In this document: piece after piece, positions 26,010-38,667 of the stretch
Position numbering within the stretch: the stretch's first letter is position 1
Layout: the number at the start of each line of letters is the position of its first letter
NCBI RefSeq assembly: GCF_002571385.2
Contig: NW_019218343.1
Span: 7,491 to 71,490, forward strand
DNA length: 64,000 nt
Source: Stylophora pistillata
Lineage: Eukaryota
Direction of reading: 5' to 3'
The notes under the pieces: model-generated
Told to the model about the DNA's origin: nothing
Database searches by the model: none
What the model saw: only the letters and a program-made list of their open reading frames with translations
Position numbers and translations under genes: made by a program

Positions 26010-26278
26010 CGGACAAAACCTGTTGAGACACATTACAAAAATACCTATTTTTTGCACTCACCCTGACAAACATGCTTACCGTCGCAAATTCAGAGATTTT
26101 TCCCCTTTCCGATTGCAATGTTGTTTGCGGTAACACAAGAAATGCATGCTTGAGCTGTTAAGCCCCAACAACATTGTACAAGGGGTTGGGAGGGGGCCAA
26201 GTTTGTTCCTTTTGGAAACGATTGTTGCATGGCGGGAAATTAAAAATTGCACTGAAATGTCTCAACAGTTTTGTCCGG
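26010..26278. mobile_element. MITE
   Basis: Termini CGGACAAAACCTGTTGAGACA / TGTCTCAACAGTTTTGTCCG. Confidence 0.65.
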
Positions 26279-27524
26279 TGTTGTAGTGCCATGTTTCTCC
26301 ATATTCCGATGAAGTAGCCGGTAGAATTCATGGTAGTAATGGTCTTGATAAAGTGATCGGGAGCCAACAGCTTTGCCTTTCATATGCCAGGAATTGCCTT
26401 TTCTGAAACGCAAACTATCACAGTAACGGGCCAACACACGAGAAATAAATGAAATTTTGAAATTATTTAGCTCCCATATTTACAATTGTATGATCCAGAA
26501 ACAGCTGTAGTTTGTACGCTTAATAGAGCAAATATGTACGATTATACTTTCCATTTTTGAGCCTGTTTTGTAGTCGGAAATTACCTCTAAAGACGAGGGC
26601 TCACTAGCGTTGATCTTTTTCATTTCACTAGTGTATTCCTCGACCTGCAATTTTTACAAATGTAATAATACTTTACTAGCTATAAAAAAAGGCTTGGCGT
26701 AATCACTGTGGTGGCAAAAGAAGGTATGAGGGGCATTTTTAAGTCATTTTCCTGTCGCATGTAAACCAAAAGCAATGGGGATGCCTCGAGTTTTCTTCGT
26801 AACAAGGTAGTTGGAATTACATTGAGGTTTGTCATTATGCCGTCCTCGATATAATGTTGATACTTTCGCATTTCGTCACCCATCGATACTAGCGACACTA
26901 ACGTTGATAGTAAATGGGTAGACGAGTCAAAAAATAAAAGACATCAGCTTTAGTTTTACCAAACTTAGCGTGTGAGAAGCAGCAATAGTGGTGATCGTAG
27001 GGTGGGTCTTTTGAGGAGCGTAAGACGAACTCGATGACGGCAGATTCGTTGATGAGACAGATGAATACAAACTTTGTAGTGATGCTGTTGGCGAAACCAT
27101 GAGTGATGATACAGGTGATGACCGAGACGAGGATGTCAGATATGAATAAGATCTAATTCCTGTCTTTGTACTTGTTGTTGTTGTCGTTATCGTCGTCGCT
27201 GGAACTACTGTGGTTGCTGCTATTGTTGCCTCTGCCACCGTCGATGGTAATAAGACAGACGACGTTGACGTTGATGCTGCCTGTATATTGTTTGATGAGC
27301 CTAAGGGATAAACAGTAGAAAACTCAGTACCGTGATGAGTACAGAAAAACTGAACAGCAATGTCAAAATGGCATCAGTGCCAGTAGCCTTTATGTAGATC
27401 CTGGATTCTGGGTCAGTAACTTGACAAAATATTTCTTTAATCAAATATAAAACATTTTCGAAATATTAAAAAATTCTTTCTTAACTAAATCTTTACCAAC
27501 CTATGCCTGATGGCATAATTGCTT

Positions 27525-27686
27525 GGGCCCGGTTGTTCAAAGTACGGATAACGCTATCCAACGTAGAAATCGCTATCCAGCGGACAATTGTAAGTGTTAC
27601 CAAACATGCCCACATACTGCGTTATCCACCGGATAGAGATTTATCCAGTCGACAGCGTTATCCCCGGATTGGAACAACCGGGGCCA
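27525..27686. mobile_element. MITE
   Basis: Termini GGCCCGGTTGTTC / GAACAACCGGGGCC, plus internal GGATAACGCT / AGCGTTATCC. Confidence 0.7.
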
Positions 27687-29325
27687 GAATGTTAGGAAAT
27701 TGAGAATTAACGGCTACCTGTCCATCTCTAAAGCTGAGAGTTTTTCCATTTTAGGTACAAAGGCACCGGTGTATCGATCATTGATAATTTGCTTTGGTGC
27801 TGTTTTTCGATTTGCTATTTGTTTTTTGTTTTTTTGAGGGGGGTGGGTGGGTAAAATTACCAATGGCTCAAAGGAGGTAATAAAATGTAGTTCGGTGGGA
27901 TAGAAAACTATAAAAACAAGAACAAACAAATAGCGAACAAAAGCAAAAGTAGACAACAAAGCCAAAATAAAATCAAGCAACTGAAAGAAAAACAAAAACA
28001 AAAGAAACACAAAAAAATACCGAACATAGCCAATAAGAGAGAAGAGAACTTGTAGTATGAAGGCTATTAATGTTGTCAAATTGCATATTGAAGCGTTTAA
28101 CCTTAACTCACTTGCTTCAACTGGATCAGCTGTCTCACCAACTTGGCAAATATACTTTTTATGTTCCTCACAATTTTCTGCTACTAGTACATCTTGTGTT
28201 GTAAGATACAAGCATCGTTTATCAGCGCTCGATGATTGTTGTTCAGCTCTGTTGACAATCGCTTCAAAAGCTGCAGTTGGATTTACTAAAGTGCCATCGC
28301 CCCAAACAAAGTTATCTTCCGTTGTATCGTATTTGATACCAATCCAGTATTCCTCAGGGTGTTGGTGTGGTAAAAATGCAGTTCTTGCATTTTGAAGCTC
28401 AGCTAAGCTTTTGATTTTGGCGAGGAAACCACCGCTATTTTTCTGACAATTCTTCACCGCATCAGACCAACGATGAAAACTGCTTTTGCCTGTATAGGAA
28501 GCTGTCCCATTTGCTTTCTGTAGTACTGGGGAATTTAATGAAAAGAAAGAATTAATGAAACGAAGAAATACATGAGAATGAAACTGGATAAAATTGCCCT
28601 CTTATTATCTTAAAGAATCATTTAAATACTCCGTAGAGTAGGTGCGATGATTTTCAAGCTAAACAGTAACTTGAAAATCATCCTACCTGTTCATCACAAT
28701 ATTTAAAGAGGTTGGCACAATACCAGGTTATGATAACCTCAGTGGTATTGTCCAAACAAAACAGAAACAGTTTTTTATTCTTAACTACAAAAGGTTTCAA
28801 AGATTTCTACTCAAGAAATGCAGGGTATCCGGTAATTTTATCAGATTAACATTAGTGTTACGTGAGAGCCGGTGAGATGAGCGCCTTAGATAAGTGCGAA
28901 TAGTTTGCTTGATAGGGGTGAATTCCACAGTTGCTTCGTTTGCAAAAAATCTGTCGTGCAGTTAATTCGAAAGCTAGTCACCTACATTCCTAATAGGGTT
29001 TAACCTCGTCTGAACGGTAAAGAAATCTGTCTCACTCGCATTTGCGTTTCTCAGACTTTTCATGGCGTGATTTCTAGGGTCCATCAGGAGTTTAGACGTA
29101 ACGGGCTCAGTTAAGGTCAGATGGCAAACTTCTGAAGGAGTTTAAGTTGCTGGTTTTTAAAGAAAAGAATTAACATGTAAAGTTCTTTCACGAAAAGATG
29201 AATATCATTAATCCGTTGTGAAGCAGCCAGAAAGTATTTATCCTGTGAACAAACTCTCTAAGGGTATAAAATTAAATCATGCGCCTGCCGCGACACCATG
29301 CGCTAATGTAGATTATTAAAAACTA

Positions 29326-29376
<51 letters not shown>

Positions 29377-29426
29377 NTATCATCTACGGGTTTATATCGA
29401 ATTAATTTGATGGCCTGCTCCCAGTT

Positions 29427-29499
29427 GGCTTGTTAGCTCAATTGGTAGAGCGCTGCACTAGTATCGCAGAGGTCAGTGGTTCGAATCCCGTACAGGCCT
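29427..29499 (+). repeat. tRNA-Thr(AGT)-like cloverleaf embedded in a dispersed repeat (pseudo-tRNA)
   Basis: Acceptor stem GGCTTGT/ACAGGCC, D arm GCTC/GAGC, anticodon loop CTAGTAT, T loop TTCGAAT. The anticodon and T stems have mismatches. The flanks match degenerate minus-strand copies at about 50465-50660, 50975-51225 and 51510-51590. Confidence 0.6.
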
Positions 29500-29689
29500 G
29501 AAATTTTTTTCAGGTCTGATTTCCACTATTGCTCAAATAGTGCTTTACTGCGAAGGATCGTTCTTATATAAAAAATTAGTATATACTAAAACAGTGGATA
29601 GCGTTGAAGGCGCGCTCTGATTGGCTAGTCAAACTCCGAATATCCTTTGCTATTTACCTCCGAGCAACTCGAGAAAAAGTGGCGTGCCG

Positions 29690-29975
29690 GTTTGCATCCG
29701 TGACAAGCGAAGAAATCACTCAAATAACAACGAAGCAGTCCCTGAAAACACAGAGAAAGCGACTAAATTTGGATTGGCTGTGTTTAAAGGTAATGGTAAC
29801 CGGGAGTTTATCGATAAAAACCAATGAAGAAGGTGTTGTTTACAAATGCAAATTAATCTTGCACAACCTCACTTGTTTACTTGAAAATCAAAGTTGAATG
29901 GTATTTTTTACAGAATGGTTTCAAATACAGAAAGAGTTTGCAACACCATTTGAAGAAATGTCGCCACCAGGACCC
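29690..29975 (+). mobile_element. Possible Crypton/DUF3504-type (KCTD1/ZMYM-related) transposon remnant
   Basis: Frameshifted peptides RFASVTSEEITQI, EAVPENTEKATKFGLAVFK and EWFQIQKEFATPFEEM resemble the N-terminal region of Crypton-derived proteins. Recognised from memory only. Confidence 0.4.
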
Positions 29976-31849
29976 AACGGTACCTGTAGTTTGGTTGAGG
30001 GAGTGGCGACCAAGCTGTTGATTTTTTCAAAGATGGAGGCCGATGCCATGTAGATGGTAGGGAGTAGTCTACAGTAGTGGAATTCTCAATTTGGGTTGTC
30101 TTAAGATATTACGGAGTTGGGGATGAATGAATGGAGCCAATAATGGGTTCATTTCACAGAATGTTAATTTGGGTTTTCTTTAGACGGAATGTGGAAAACC
30201 TTATCAATTTGGATTGTCTCAAGGCTACATATCATGGACTTCGAGATGTTTGAATACAGACTAAAGTAGCCAAAAATAGGATGATTTCACAGAATTTTGA
30301 AACCTTTTAAATGTGGGTTTTCTTTAGATGGAATGAATTCGCAGAATGTGGGAAACCTTATCAAATAAGGTTGTCTTAAGATATCACGGAGCAATGGAGA
30401 CCAAAGAAGCCCAAAATAGGATGATTTCGCGGAATAATTTGGATTTATTAAAAACTAGATCATTGGATAATGCAATTCAAGACTCTTTATTGGCTTAGCC
30501 ATTATGGTTTATCAGCCAATATACCATAATCTATAAATATGGCGAGCGTACGTGTCAGCTTAAATTTAAAAAGGGATCTAAAAATTTAATAAAATTTAAT
30601 AACTTAATTTAACGTTTTTAATAAAACAATTATTCCACTCGCTCTTGTTGGATATGAGATGATTATAGCCAACTCGGCGCTACGCACCTCGTTGACTATC
30701 TATCATCTCATATCCAGCGCGCGCTCGTGGAATAATTGTTAATTGTTGTTATTGCGCCAGGACATGCAGGAGTGGTGAAATAAAAGTACTAATGAAGCGA
30801 GCTGGGATAAGAGTTAATCTTCGTACTTCTGTAAAAGGAATATGGACTTAAAAAAGAAAAATCAAGTCTGAATTGTCCAGATACATTTGCTTCGATTTAC
30901 TTAATTGTATTCTAAGGGAATAATAACAAGCACGGATTGATAAGAATGTACATACCAGCGAGAAACAGGATAGAAGTCAAAATCAATTGAAAGGGCATAA
31001 TGTCTTCGTCCTACGTGGATCGGTAAAGATTAATTTCGTGTCAAAACCTCAAGCTACTGAATGAGACCATCAGTTTCTGTTGTCGAGATCTTAATAGAGG
31101 AAATGGCATGCCTGCAAAACATATTTAGTTAATTATTTACCTTAACACAAAGATTGCCATCAGTAGAGAGGAGAAAACTGTGAAGCAAATTCATTAGCAT
31201 TACGTAAGAATGGCGAGTTTTGTTTCAATTCTAATAAGACGAGATCTAATAATGACTTCTTCAGTTCTTCTAACGATAACAATCCTTCTCAGAACAACTC
31301 CCACGTAGAATGGTGGGTTCCTGCACCTCGCCTTCGAGACGCAACTGGTTCGAAGCTTAAAAATGTGTACAGAGGACAAGTTTCTAAAGAACCAAGAACC
31401 AAAGACCAAGGTCTGACACTCCAAACGGCAGCATTTCCCATTTTACCACGGTCATTTTGGATTATCAACTGAGTTGATAAAACTAAATCATCCTAAAAAA
31501 TGTGACCAAGTAAGACTTGAAAGAAGTCCTTCCCCAATCCCTACCCCATACCAAGCAGCTTTCAGCATTATCTGTAATATTTATAATTTTACATTTGCAT
31601 ATATATATATATACATTTACGCATCTTAATGTTAGCGCATCAGCCTTGTAGATATGACCCACAAGTTAGTTTTAATGTCTTCTCGATTTATTCATTTATG
31701 AGGACAGCTATCATCGCAAAGTGGAGTATCCTAGCACTTTTCTAAAATTTCATCCACGTCCATTCTCGTGCTGTCGGAAATGAGGAAAAGGAGAAAGAAA
31801 CCTTGAAAAACTGAAATCATGGCAATAATTCGATTGTCTTGTCAAACAA

Positions 31850-32065
31850 TTAACACCGAGTTTGAACGTGCAAACGGATTCTATCCGTGCTAAAGTATTT
31901 GTGTGGCTACCTCTCCTATGCAAATTAGTTGTAACTCTTCAACTCGCATTTGTTAATTTTATTTTCATTTGTACCCTTGATAATGGCGTCATGAAGTCGC
32001 CGAAACGTCGGGATATTATATCGCTCGTTTTTACCTGTCTACGAATAACAACGTCTGGTAAAAAT
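31850..32065 (+). mobile_element. 3' remnant of the same Penelope-like family as the 62.3-62.8 kb copy
   Basis: Encodes [15 protein letters not shown], nearly identical to the end of the 62 kb copy, followed by a hammerhead motif. Confidence 0.72.
31974..32012 (+). ncRNA. Variant minimal hammerhead ribozyme (U3-A8 core)
   Basis: CCC-UUGAUAA-U-GGCG...CGCC-GAAAC-GUC-GGG. Helix I is CCC/GGG, helix II is GGCG/CGCC, and the core is UUGAUAA instead of CUGAUGA. Confidence 0.65.
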
Positions 32066-33941
32066 CCCTGGAACATCGATTTCCATCGGAAGAAATCTTT
32101 GGTTACTGCATACTCATTCAGCACTAACTGGTAAAACGAAAACATAATGATTCTTCCATCTTTGCACAAAGGTTGGATCGCCGAACGAAACGCCCATTTG
32201 AAAATAAAAAATATGTCAGGAAAAAAAATTATATAAAGGTTGGTGCCACACGGGACCCCCACTGAACATCGTGCTGAAGTAATTAATATCTTTGCAGGAG
32301 TTTTTTTTTTGGCACAGTAATGAACCAGAAAGTGAGAGATTTGAATCTCCGTAATAAGTAAATAAAGCTCCTAGCTGTTGCTAATCAACATATCTTTTAA
32401 TTAGGAAGGCTCTATCGTGGTTTAGTTATGGTCTAATGAATGCATTTTCTTAGCCAAAAGCGATCTTTGCAGAGATAAGCACCACCCGAGCAGTTGTAAA
32501 AATAAAACTTGAAAAAAGTTGCATGTTTTGTCTCGAAAGATAAAGGAAACCCTCACATCTAGCACTGAGAAAAAAAAAAAAAAAAAAAAACTAAACAGAA
32601 CCAAACCAAACAAAAAAACAAAACACAAAAACAAAGCAAAAGAAAAGAAAAAAATATACTCAGCTACAACTAAAATTGCCATTTCTCACCCCTCTTTGTA
32701 TTTTCTTGAGAGAGTAACTTTTCTGATGATGACTGAAACGCTTTGGAGATGTATTAATTTATGTTTCGTTATTCACTAATCCTGCATAAAATGATAAGGT
32801 TCTAGAAAGTAATACATAGATTAGCTAAATAAAACATACATTTTTAGTAATCTTTCTTCATACTGGAAACATTTGGTTCAGAGTTGTTTTAGTATTAAGA
32901 TGCTGAGATCTAAATATTAGTTTTTCATGACTCGAACCCTCAGACCCGAATTTTTATTTCATTTTAATTTTAGATCTGGATTTTTAAATTTACTAATAAA
33001 GCTGAAAATAGAGGGTAGCTTCTAAACTAAAGAATTGCGCCACGGTTTTCTTTTCCCGCTTTTCAACCATATGGCTTTTGCACATAATCAAAATTCAGAG
33101 GCACTCACCATGAAAAGACAAACAGCTTAGCATGGAAGAACCAGCTGGAGGCGTATATTGTGCTCGTGATGACTCACCCTTGAATATGATTGCTTTGGAC
33201 CTTCAGTCTAAATTTTAGAGTGGTCTCTAGGTGGTCAATCTGTACCTTTTTTTGATTTTGCAGTTCCCAACTAATACTTTAAGATCGCAAGAAAGTAAAA
33301 ATCTCCTGGTTGCCCGTTCACAAGCCAAAGTTTTAATTGCATTTCTCATTTTCCCAGTCCACATTTCTAGATTATTACCGCCTTTCCCTCCTCTCTTGTT
33401 ATTTCTTTTTCCGATTTTCACAAGAGCATCTCAACCTTACCTTGTCTCTCTCTATGATGTAGGTTTGGTAACGGTGGGTTTGCTCCGAGCGACGTCTTAC
33501 TAAATGTTTAAATTTCGTGCAACAATTTGATCTGCGCATGAAAAAAGGTCATGTTTAATTAATTAAGGACAGCTGTTTTGGTTAGTGATTACTTTTCAGT
33601 GTTTGTCTATTAACTGAGAAAGGCCTCATTATGGATTTGGGGAAAGGGGCCGGTGAAATTCTTGTAATGAACGTTCCAATGTAGGTTCCATCAGCAAATC
33701 GACTTAAAACAGGTTTGTACGGTTGGAAAACTTAAAGATATCAGTGAGCTGATGTCCTTGGAATTGGATAAGACTGGATAGTAGAGGACTAACATTCCTC
33801 CCCGTAAGGGTTCCTGACATTTTAAACACTATGTATCTTAGACTTAATTTTTCAATTTGTGTACAGTCTTTTTTCCGTGGAAAAAAGTAATCTTTGACTG
33901 CCTGAGTTAAAGACGTGTCACGTATGCTTATGACAAATAAA

Positions 33942-35100
33942 TTAAGGAGAGAGCTTCTTTCCACGATACCCACGATAAACTTCTCCTCCAGGGCAGTAGC
34001 CGAGAATGTGTTCAAAAACTGTCACATAACAGCAATTTTGTTTGGAGAGGCAAATAAAGTAACTTTTCTTCTGTGACACTTGAAATTGGTTCTTTGGCCA
34101 ATGGTCCCTGACAGTTGAAAGGTTGAAAGAGGTATGCAGGTCTGTGTAAAACGTTTTGTATGGTGGATAGCCGCGGGAATAATTATTGACCTCCGACAAA
34201 GATTATAACATTTTTAGTGAAAAAAGAGGCCTGTCTTCGCAGATGGATTTTAAACCTTCAGAAAACTTTCATTTAGGGATTTTGGAACCAGATTTACCTA
34301 GACCGTGGAAAGATAGAGGAATTTCTGATTTTAATAAAAATGATGGGATAGAAAGAAAGGTATTCATCTCCAACTGATCTACTTCAGTTGGGCGACGTTC
34401 TTTTGGTGAATAAATATGAGAACTAAAATTATTTCGCAGCCTCTGTCCTTGGAAAATCATTTTGCTGAGATGAAGGACTCACTTTAATGCGAAACTACAT
34501 TACATGACCTGTATGTTAAATTGAGATCTCAGTAAGAAGGCAGTTTCTAAATTAGGTAATTTGTCAAAACTCTTGCCATGACAGAAAATTAAGAATTCTG
34601 GCGGTACGAATCCTCAGACATTGTTTGCAATGTTTACGCTTATAGCAAAATTGTTTATCTTCAGCATATCTGAGTTATTGCACAAGAAACAATGTGCAGC
34701 AGATATGCTGCTTTACAGAGGCTTTTCTTCAAATCGATTTTCTTTTAAAAAGGATTAGTTGGACGAAATTAGTTGGACGATGTAAATAAGCATAAATGGA
34801 TTTAACTTACCCTTAGGTTTCTGGCAAAGGTAGAAAGTATTGAATTCTCTACTGACTTCTGCTGCCATAAAAGCGACAGTAAATGAATGAAGCTTGACTA
34901 ATTTCTCGGTTTCGCTCCAGATTTTCTTCAACAAATATCATTATTAAACGATTCATTAACAGGTATAACTTTTTCTTTCGGGAGAAGTCAAGTTTTGCTC
35001 AATGATTCTTGGAAAACAAGCTGGAGCCTCAATAAGGTTTTCAAGGAGATAAACAGCATCGATACTAACCTGTGACGTATATAACTCCTTATACATGTTT
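33942..35100 (-). pseudogene. Decayed reading frame, possibly protein-kinase-like
   Basis: ORFs 34269-34460 and 33942-34199 are in one frame that continues upstream with scattered stops. Fragments KLVKLHSF, FYLCQKPKGKL, ISAAHCFL, MLKINNFAIS and FVPPEFL occur in the order of kinase subdomains IV, V, VIb, VII and VIII. Confidence 0.3.
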
Positions 35101-37686
35101 TATGACTTAACTTCTTTTCGTATAAAATGTTACCGTTTGTACAGTAAATGGGTCTACTTGCCAAGCGCTTTATCTCAGCCAAATGCCGATTTCAGTGAGC
35201 CTTTTTTGAAATATTCACAACTTTTCCGATGATTTCCTGCCTAATTTGAGAAGCGCCTCAGACAAATTAATGTTTACTCAGGTTTGTTAGTGTGATTCAC
35301 CTCATCTTCATTGTCGACTTCTGGAAATTGTTTTTTGAGTGAGACTCATTATGTTCTGGGTACAAATCATGCTCAATTGTACAGTCTAAAAAAATGCATA
35401 CTGCAATCCAATCATTGTGAGTTTTCGCTGATAAAACGACTGAGTTAGGATCTACTGGAAAAAGTGAGTTTTTGCCAATAAAACTACTGTGTGGGAATCT
35501 ACTGGAAAATGTTAATCTTTTCTATTTTCAACCCCTGCCAACTGGTCTTAATAATTAGTGCTCGACTCAATAACCAAATGTTAACCCCGATCGGCCGTTG
35601 TTGAGTCTTCAGCAGTTATTATGATTACAAAGTGTTCATGACCTAGTCGTTTTCAAAAGTAAACACAGATGCAGTCGGTCAGGGTGCTATAATTGCTTCT
35701 TTTGAACGACTTTTTCAAATTAGAATGACCGTAAAATTAAAAAATTGATCAATGAAAACGAGAACGAAACATAATTTTAAATTTCACACCCTTGAAACTG
35801 CCATTTCTTTTAATTTTAGAAATTTAAATCGTTTCAATGAAAGTAACTTGCTACCTATCATCATTCTGGTAATCAAAGTGAAGAATCAAGCTCAAAGATT
35901 TACCAATGAGTATGGCTTTTAGTAAATGTAAATAACCTCCTGTTGACTTTTTCATCTTATTCAAATGAATTTCTTCTCTTCATACCCGATTCATTACACA
36001 ATCTGACTGTCACACTTAATTCGTAAAGTTCTTGTCTCTCCTAAAACTGCTGGGTAAAATTAACAATCAACACATTGTGAGCCACCGATTACTGAATGCT
36101 ACAACCGACAACGATTTGAGTAGAGTCTTTTAGAATCAAAATAAAGTAATTGAAACATAAACGAAATAGGCCATGATCTGCGGTATTAAAACAGTGGATT
36201 GAAATATTGTTACAACGGTTACCTTGCCTACCTGCAAAATTGCTTAACTACTTTTCGTCTGTCTTTTCGAAATTCACTGAGTAATAAGTTGATGAGATTT
36301 CTCTTGGCCTCGCTATGAATATGCAAGCAAGTTCTGGCGGCGCAATATCCTTTGTAATAAACTTTGTTCGAGAAGGTCTGATTTTCCTGAAAATGTCATA
36401 AAGGGGCGCACGGGCATTGATATCTAAATCTGTGACGACTTATAATTTGTTTCGCGTCTTTTGAGTTCCTCTTGATTCACTGTCAACAGAGGGCTTGATT
36501 GGTTCAAACTGAGTCCGCACTAATTGGAAAAGGTGGGTTTTGGTTAATTGACATACGTTCTTATGATACCGTTATGTACGGTTTTTTTGACATATGTTCT
36601 TATGATACCGTTTGTAATTCTTAAGGTATTTCAAAATTAGTTTTGGCGATTGTTCAGACAGTATGTGGAAGTTAAGAGTAAGGGAAATAAGTTTGGCTGA
36701 TTCTTAGAGAAAAAGCCAATCAATATTTGGTAACACATTGAAAAAAGAATGAAAAATACTATTAAGCGTCTTCTTAGTACAACTGATCCCCTCGAGCTTC
36801 AAGTGTAAAGATTGTTAGTAATTTTGAAATGGAAAATTAATGTCACTGAGCTGTTATTCTAATCGATCGAGTTCACGCACGTGCATTTTTCGCTAAAGTC
36901 AACGCTATTCAGGATCATTTTATGAGCCTATAAACCTGGCCTGAATCTTTTGTGGATTAACCCTTTGTCCTTGAATAAGGACTTTCTTCAATCACGCTGA
37001 CCAGGAAAATGTTATGGCGAATCTAACACATGCACAATTTACCCATCTCACGCCTAAAGAACTCACCAATCTCGTTTTGCAACTTATTAAAAAAAAAATT
37101 CGAGTACGTTCTATTCCACAAGATTTCGTACTTTCTTCTTGTAAATCTCGCAACTCGATTCATCTCTGCGTGCATGTCTTGACAACAAAAGCTTTTCCAG
37201 TTCACCAAACGTATACTGTAAATTGCAAGTATTACCACCGTCACTAATTCATTTTAATATTACTACTATTAAATCATGATTATAATAAAATTATCATCAT
37301 CATTATTACAGTATTACTATTATGTAGTTATCATTGCTATTTTAAAATTATCATTATTATTATCATCATTATTTTTATTCTTTGCATGTCTGTTTGCAAA
37401 GAAAATAACGATACAAATATGTAAACGAATGAACTGAGAATATCAGTCAAAGAATAAAAAACTTTATCTAAGAGAGTAAAAACTACAACTTTAATTAATC
37501 CACATAAAGGGGAATTGTAATATGTAAAGAGAAAAGGCTTGGACTTGAACCCATGCCTTAACAAGTGTCGTGTCTAATCATCAAAATAAGGCATTTTTTT
37601 AAAAGCGATTTTTGGCTCTTTGTACTTTGCATACTTTCTTTCCTTTCAGGACAAAGTAAAATTTTTAGTAGGTGTTTAACACACTT

Positions 37687-38667
37687 TTACTTTTGAAGGC
37701 CAGTCATTGTCTTCTCCTGAATTTGAACGCGATCACGTATTCTGTTTCGTCTGCAGTAGAGAACACGACGAAACTCTGCCTTGAAAGCCTCGTTAGTGCC
37801 TGCATAAATGAATGGGTTAACTGTACTAGAAAAGAACAGCAAAAAGGTGCACACAAGTTGCACATTTCGTGGCACTACACTTGAAGTAAAACGTTGTATC
37901 ATAGCTATGATCCAAAATGGAATCCAGCATAATCCAAATGCCAGGACTATAACTGCAAGAGACTTCGTAATTTTTATCTCTCTTATGCTCAAGTGGCCGT
38001 CTTGTCCTGCTCTTTGGAATGTGGTTATTATGTTCATGTTATGTTGCTTAATTGTCTCAAACACTTTGTAATAACAGAAAATAGCCAAGGTGAATGGGAG
38101 AACGAGAAATAGCGACACCACCACGCAGTAATGTGTAATTTTAGCAGCTTCAGTTGGATGAACAATAGTGCACACAGCATAGCCAGGAATAAAGCCATAA
38201 GCCGTCCAACCGGCCAGCCTGGGAATCGCAACATACCCAGCAACGAACATCCATACCGCACAAACGTAAAGCTTTGAAAGGAATGGCGTGAAAATGTGGG
38301 GATAACTGCGTGTCTTGACAATTCGAATATATCTGTTAATAGCCGCCAGGCCCATGGTGGTAGGGGAGACATACACAGAAAAAAGGGTGAAAAACGCGTG
38401 AAAATTGCACATAATTTCCCCATAGGGCCATTTCCCAGTTATCAGGACACCAACTGTTAGCAACATAACTGCGATGGAATTGAGAAGATCGCTGATTGCC
38501 AATGCAAAGACAAACACGTTGGTCGTTGTGCGAAGAGCTGGGTTTCTGCAAATCGAAATGCAAATCAGTAAGTTGCCTGTCGAACACACAATGGCCATGG
38601 TTACCAAAATCGCTGGCTCGATTACAACGAGTGCCAGAGGACGTTGTTCCATGTCTGGATACTTCAT
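37687..38667 (-). CDS. Intronless class A GPCR, melatonin-receptor-like, 326 aa
   Basis: Seven hydrophobic segments. GN (TM1), LAISD (TM2), NRY in place of DRY as in melatonin receptors, W in TM4, CWIP (TM6), NPFIY (TM7). Confidence 0.92.
   Translation of the reverse strand: MKYPDMEQRPLALVVIEPAILVTMAIVCSTGNLLICISICRNPALRTTTNVFVFALAISDLLNSIAVMLLTVGVLITGKWPYGEIMCNFHAFFTLFSVYVSPTTMGLAAINRYIRIVKTRSYPHIFTPFLSKLYVCAVWMFVAGYVAIPRLAGWTAYGFIPGYAVCTIVHPTEAAKITHYCVVVSLFLVLPFTLAIFCYYKVFETIKQHNMNIITTFQRAGQDGHLSIREIKITKSLAVIVLAFGLCWIPFWIIAMIQRFTSSVVPRNVQLVCTFLLFFSSTVNPFIYAGTNEAFKAEFRRVLYCRRNRIRDRVQIQEKTMTGLQK

Larger units (their letters stand above)
15918..30998 (-). pseudogene. Adhesion GPCR B (signal peptide, C-type lectin, Ser/Thr stalk, GAIN/GPS, 7TM) with a premature stop at codon ~502; pseudogene, null allele or secreted ectodomain
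   Basis: Exons 5'->3': 30998-30956, 28525-28112, 27300-26960, 26644-26585, 25891-25717, 25433-25299, 24941-24866, 24728-24626, 24507-24455, 24017-23891, 23258-23155, 22942-22840, 20560-20410, 19975-19891, 18938-18872, 18423-18338, 17407-17281, 16139-15918. Phases are continuous (2472 nt). CTL motifs WSDAVKNC, YWIGI, FVWGDGT, CEEHKKYICQ. The GPS reads CSCNHL|TNFAV*LEVGETK, with TAA at 23914-23912. Confidence 0.85.

Noticed and set aside
27714-28111. Hydrophobic tail of ORF 27714-28457 as a transmembrane anchor of a stand-alone lectin
   Set aside because: It is T-rich intron read-through after a consensus donor at 28111. An intron-retention isoform is not excluded but has no support.
29427-29499. 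Functional tRNA-Thr gene
   Set aside because: The anticodon and T stems are mismatched, and the flanks belong to a dispersed repeat family.
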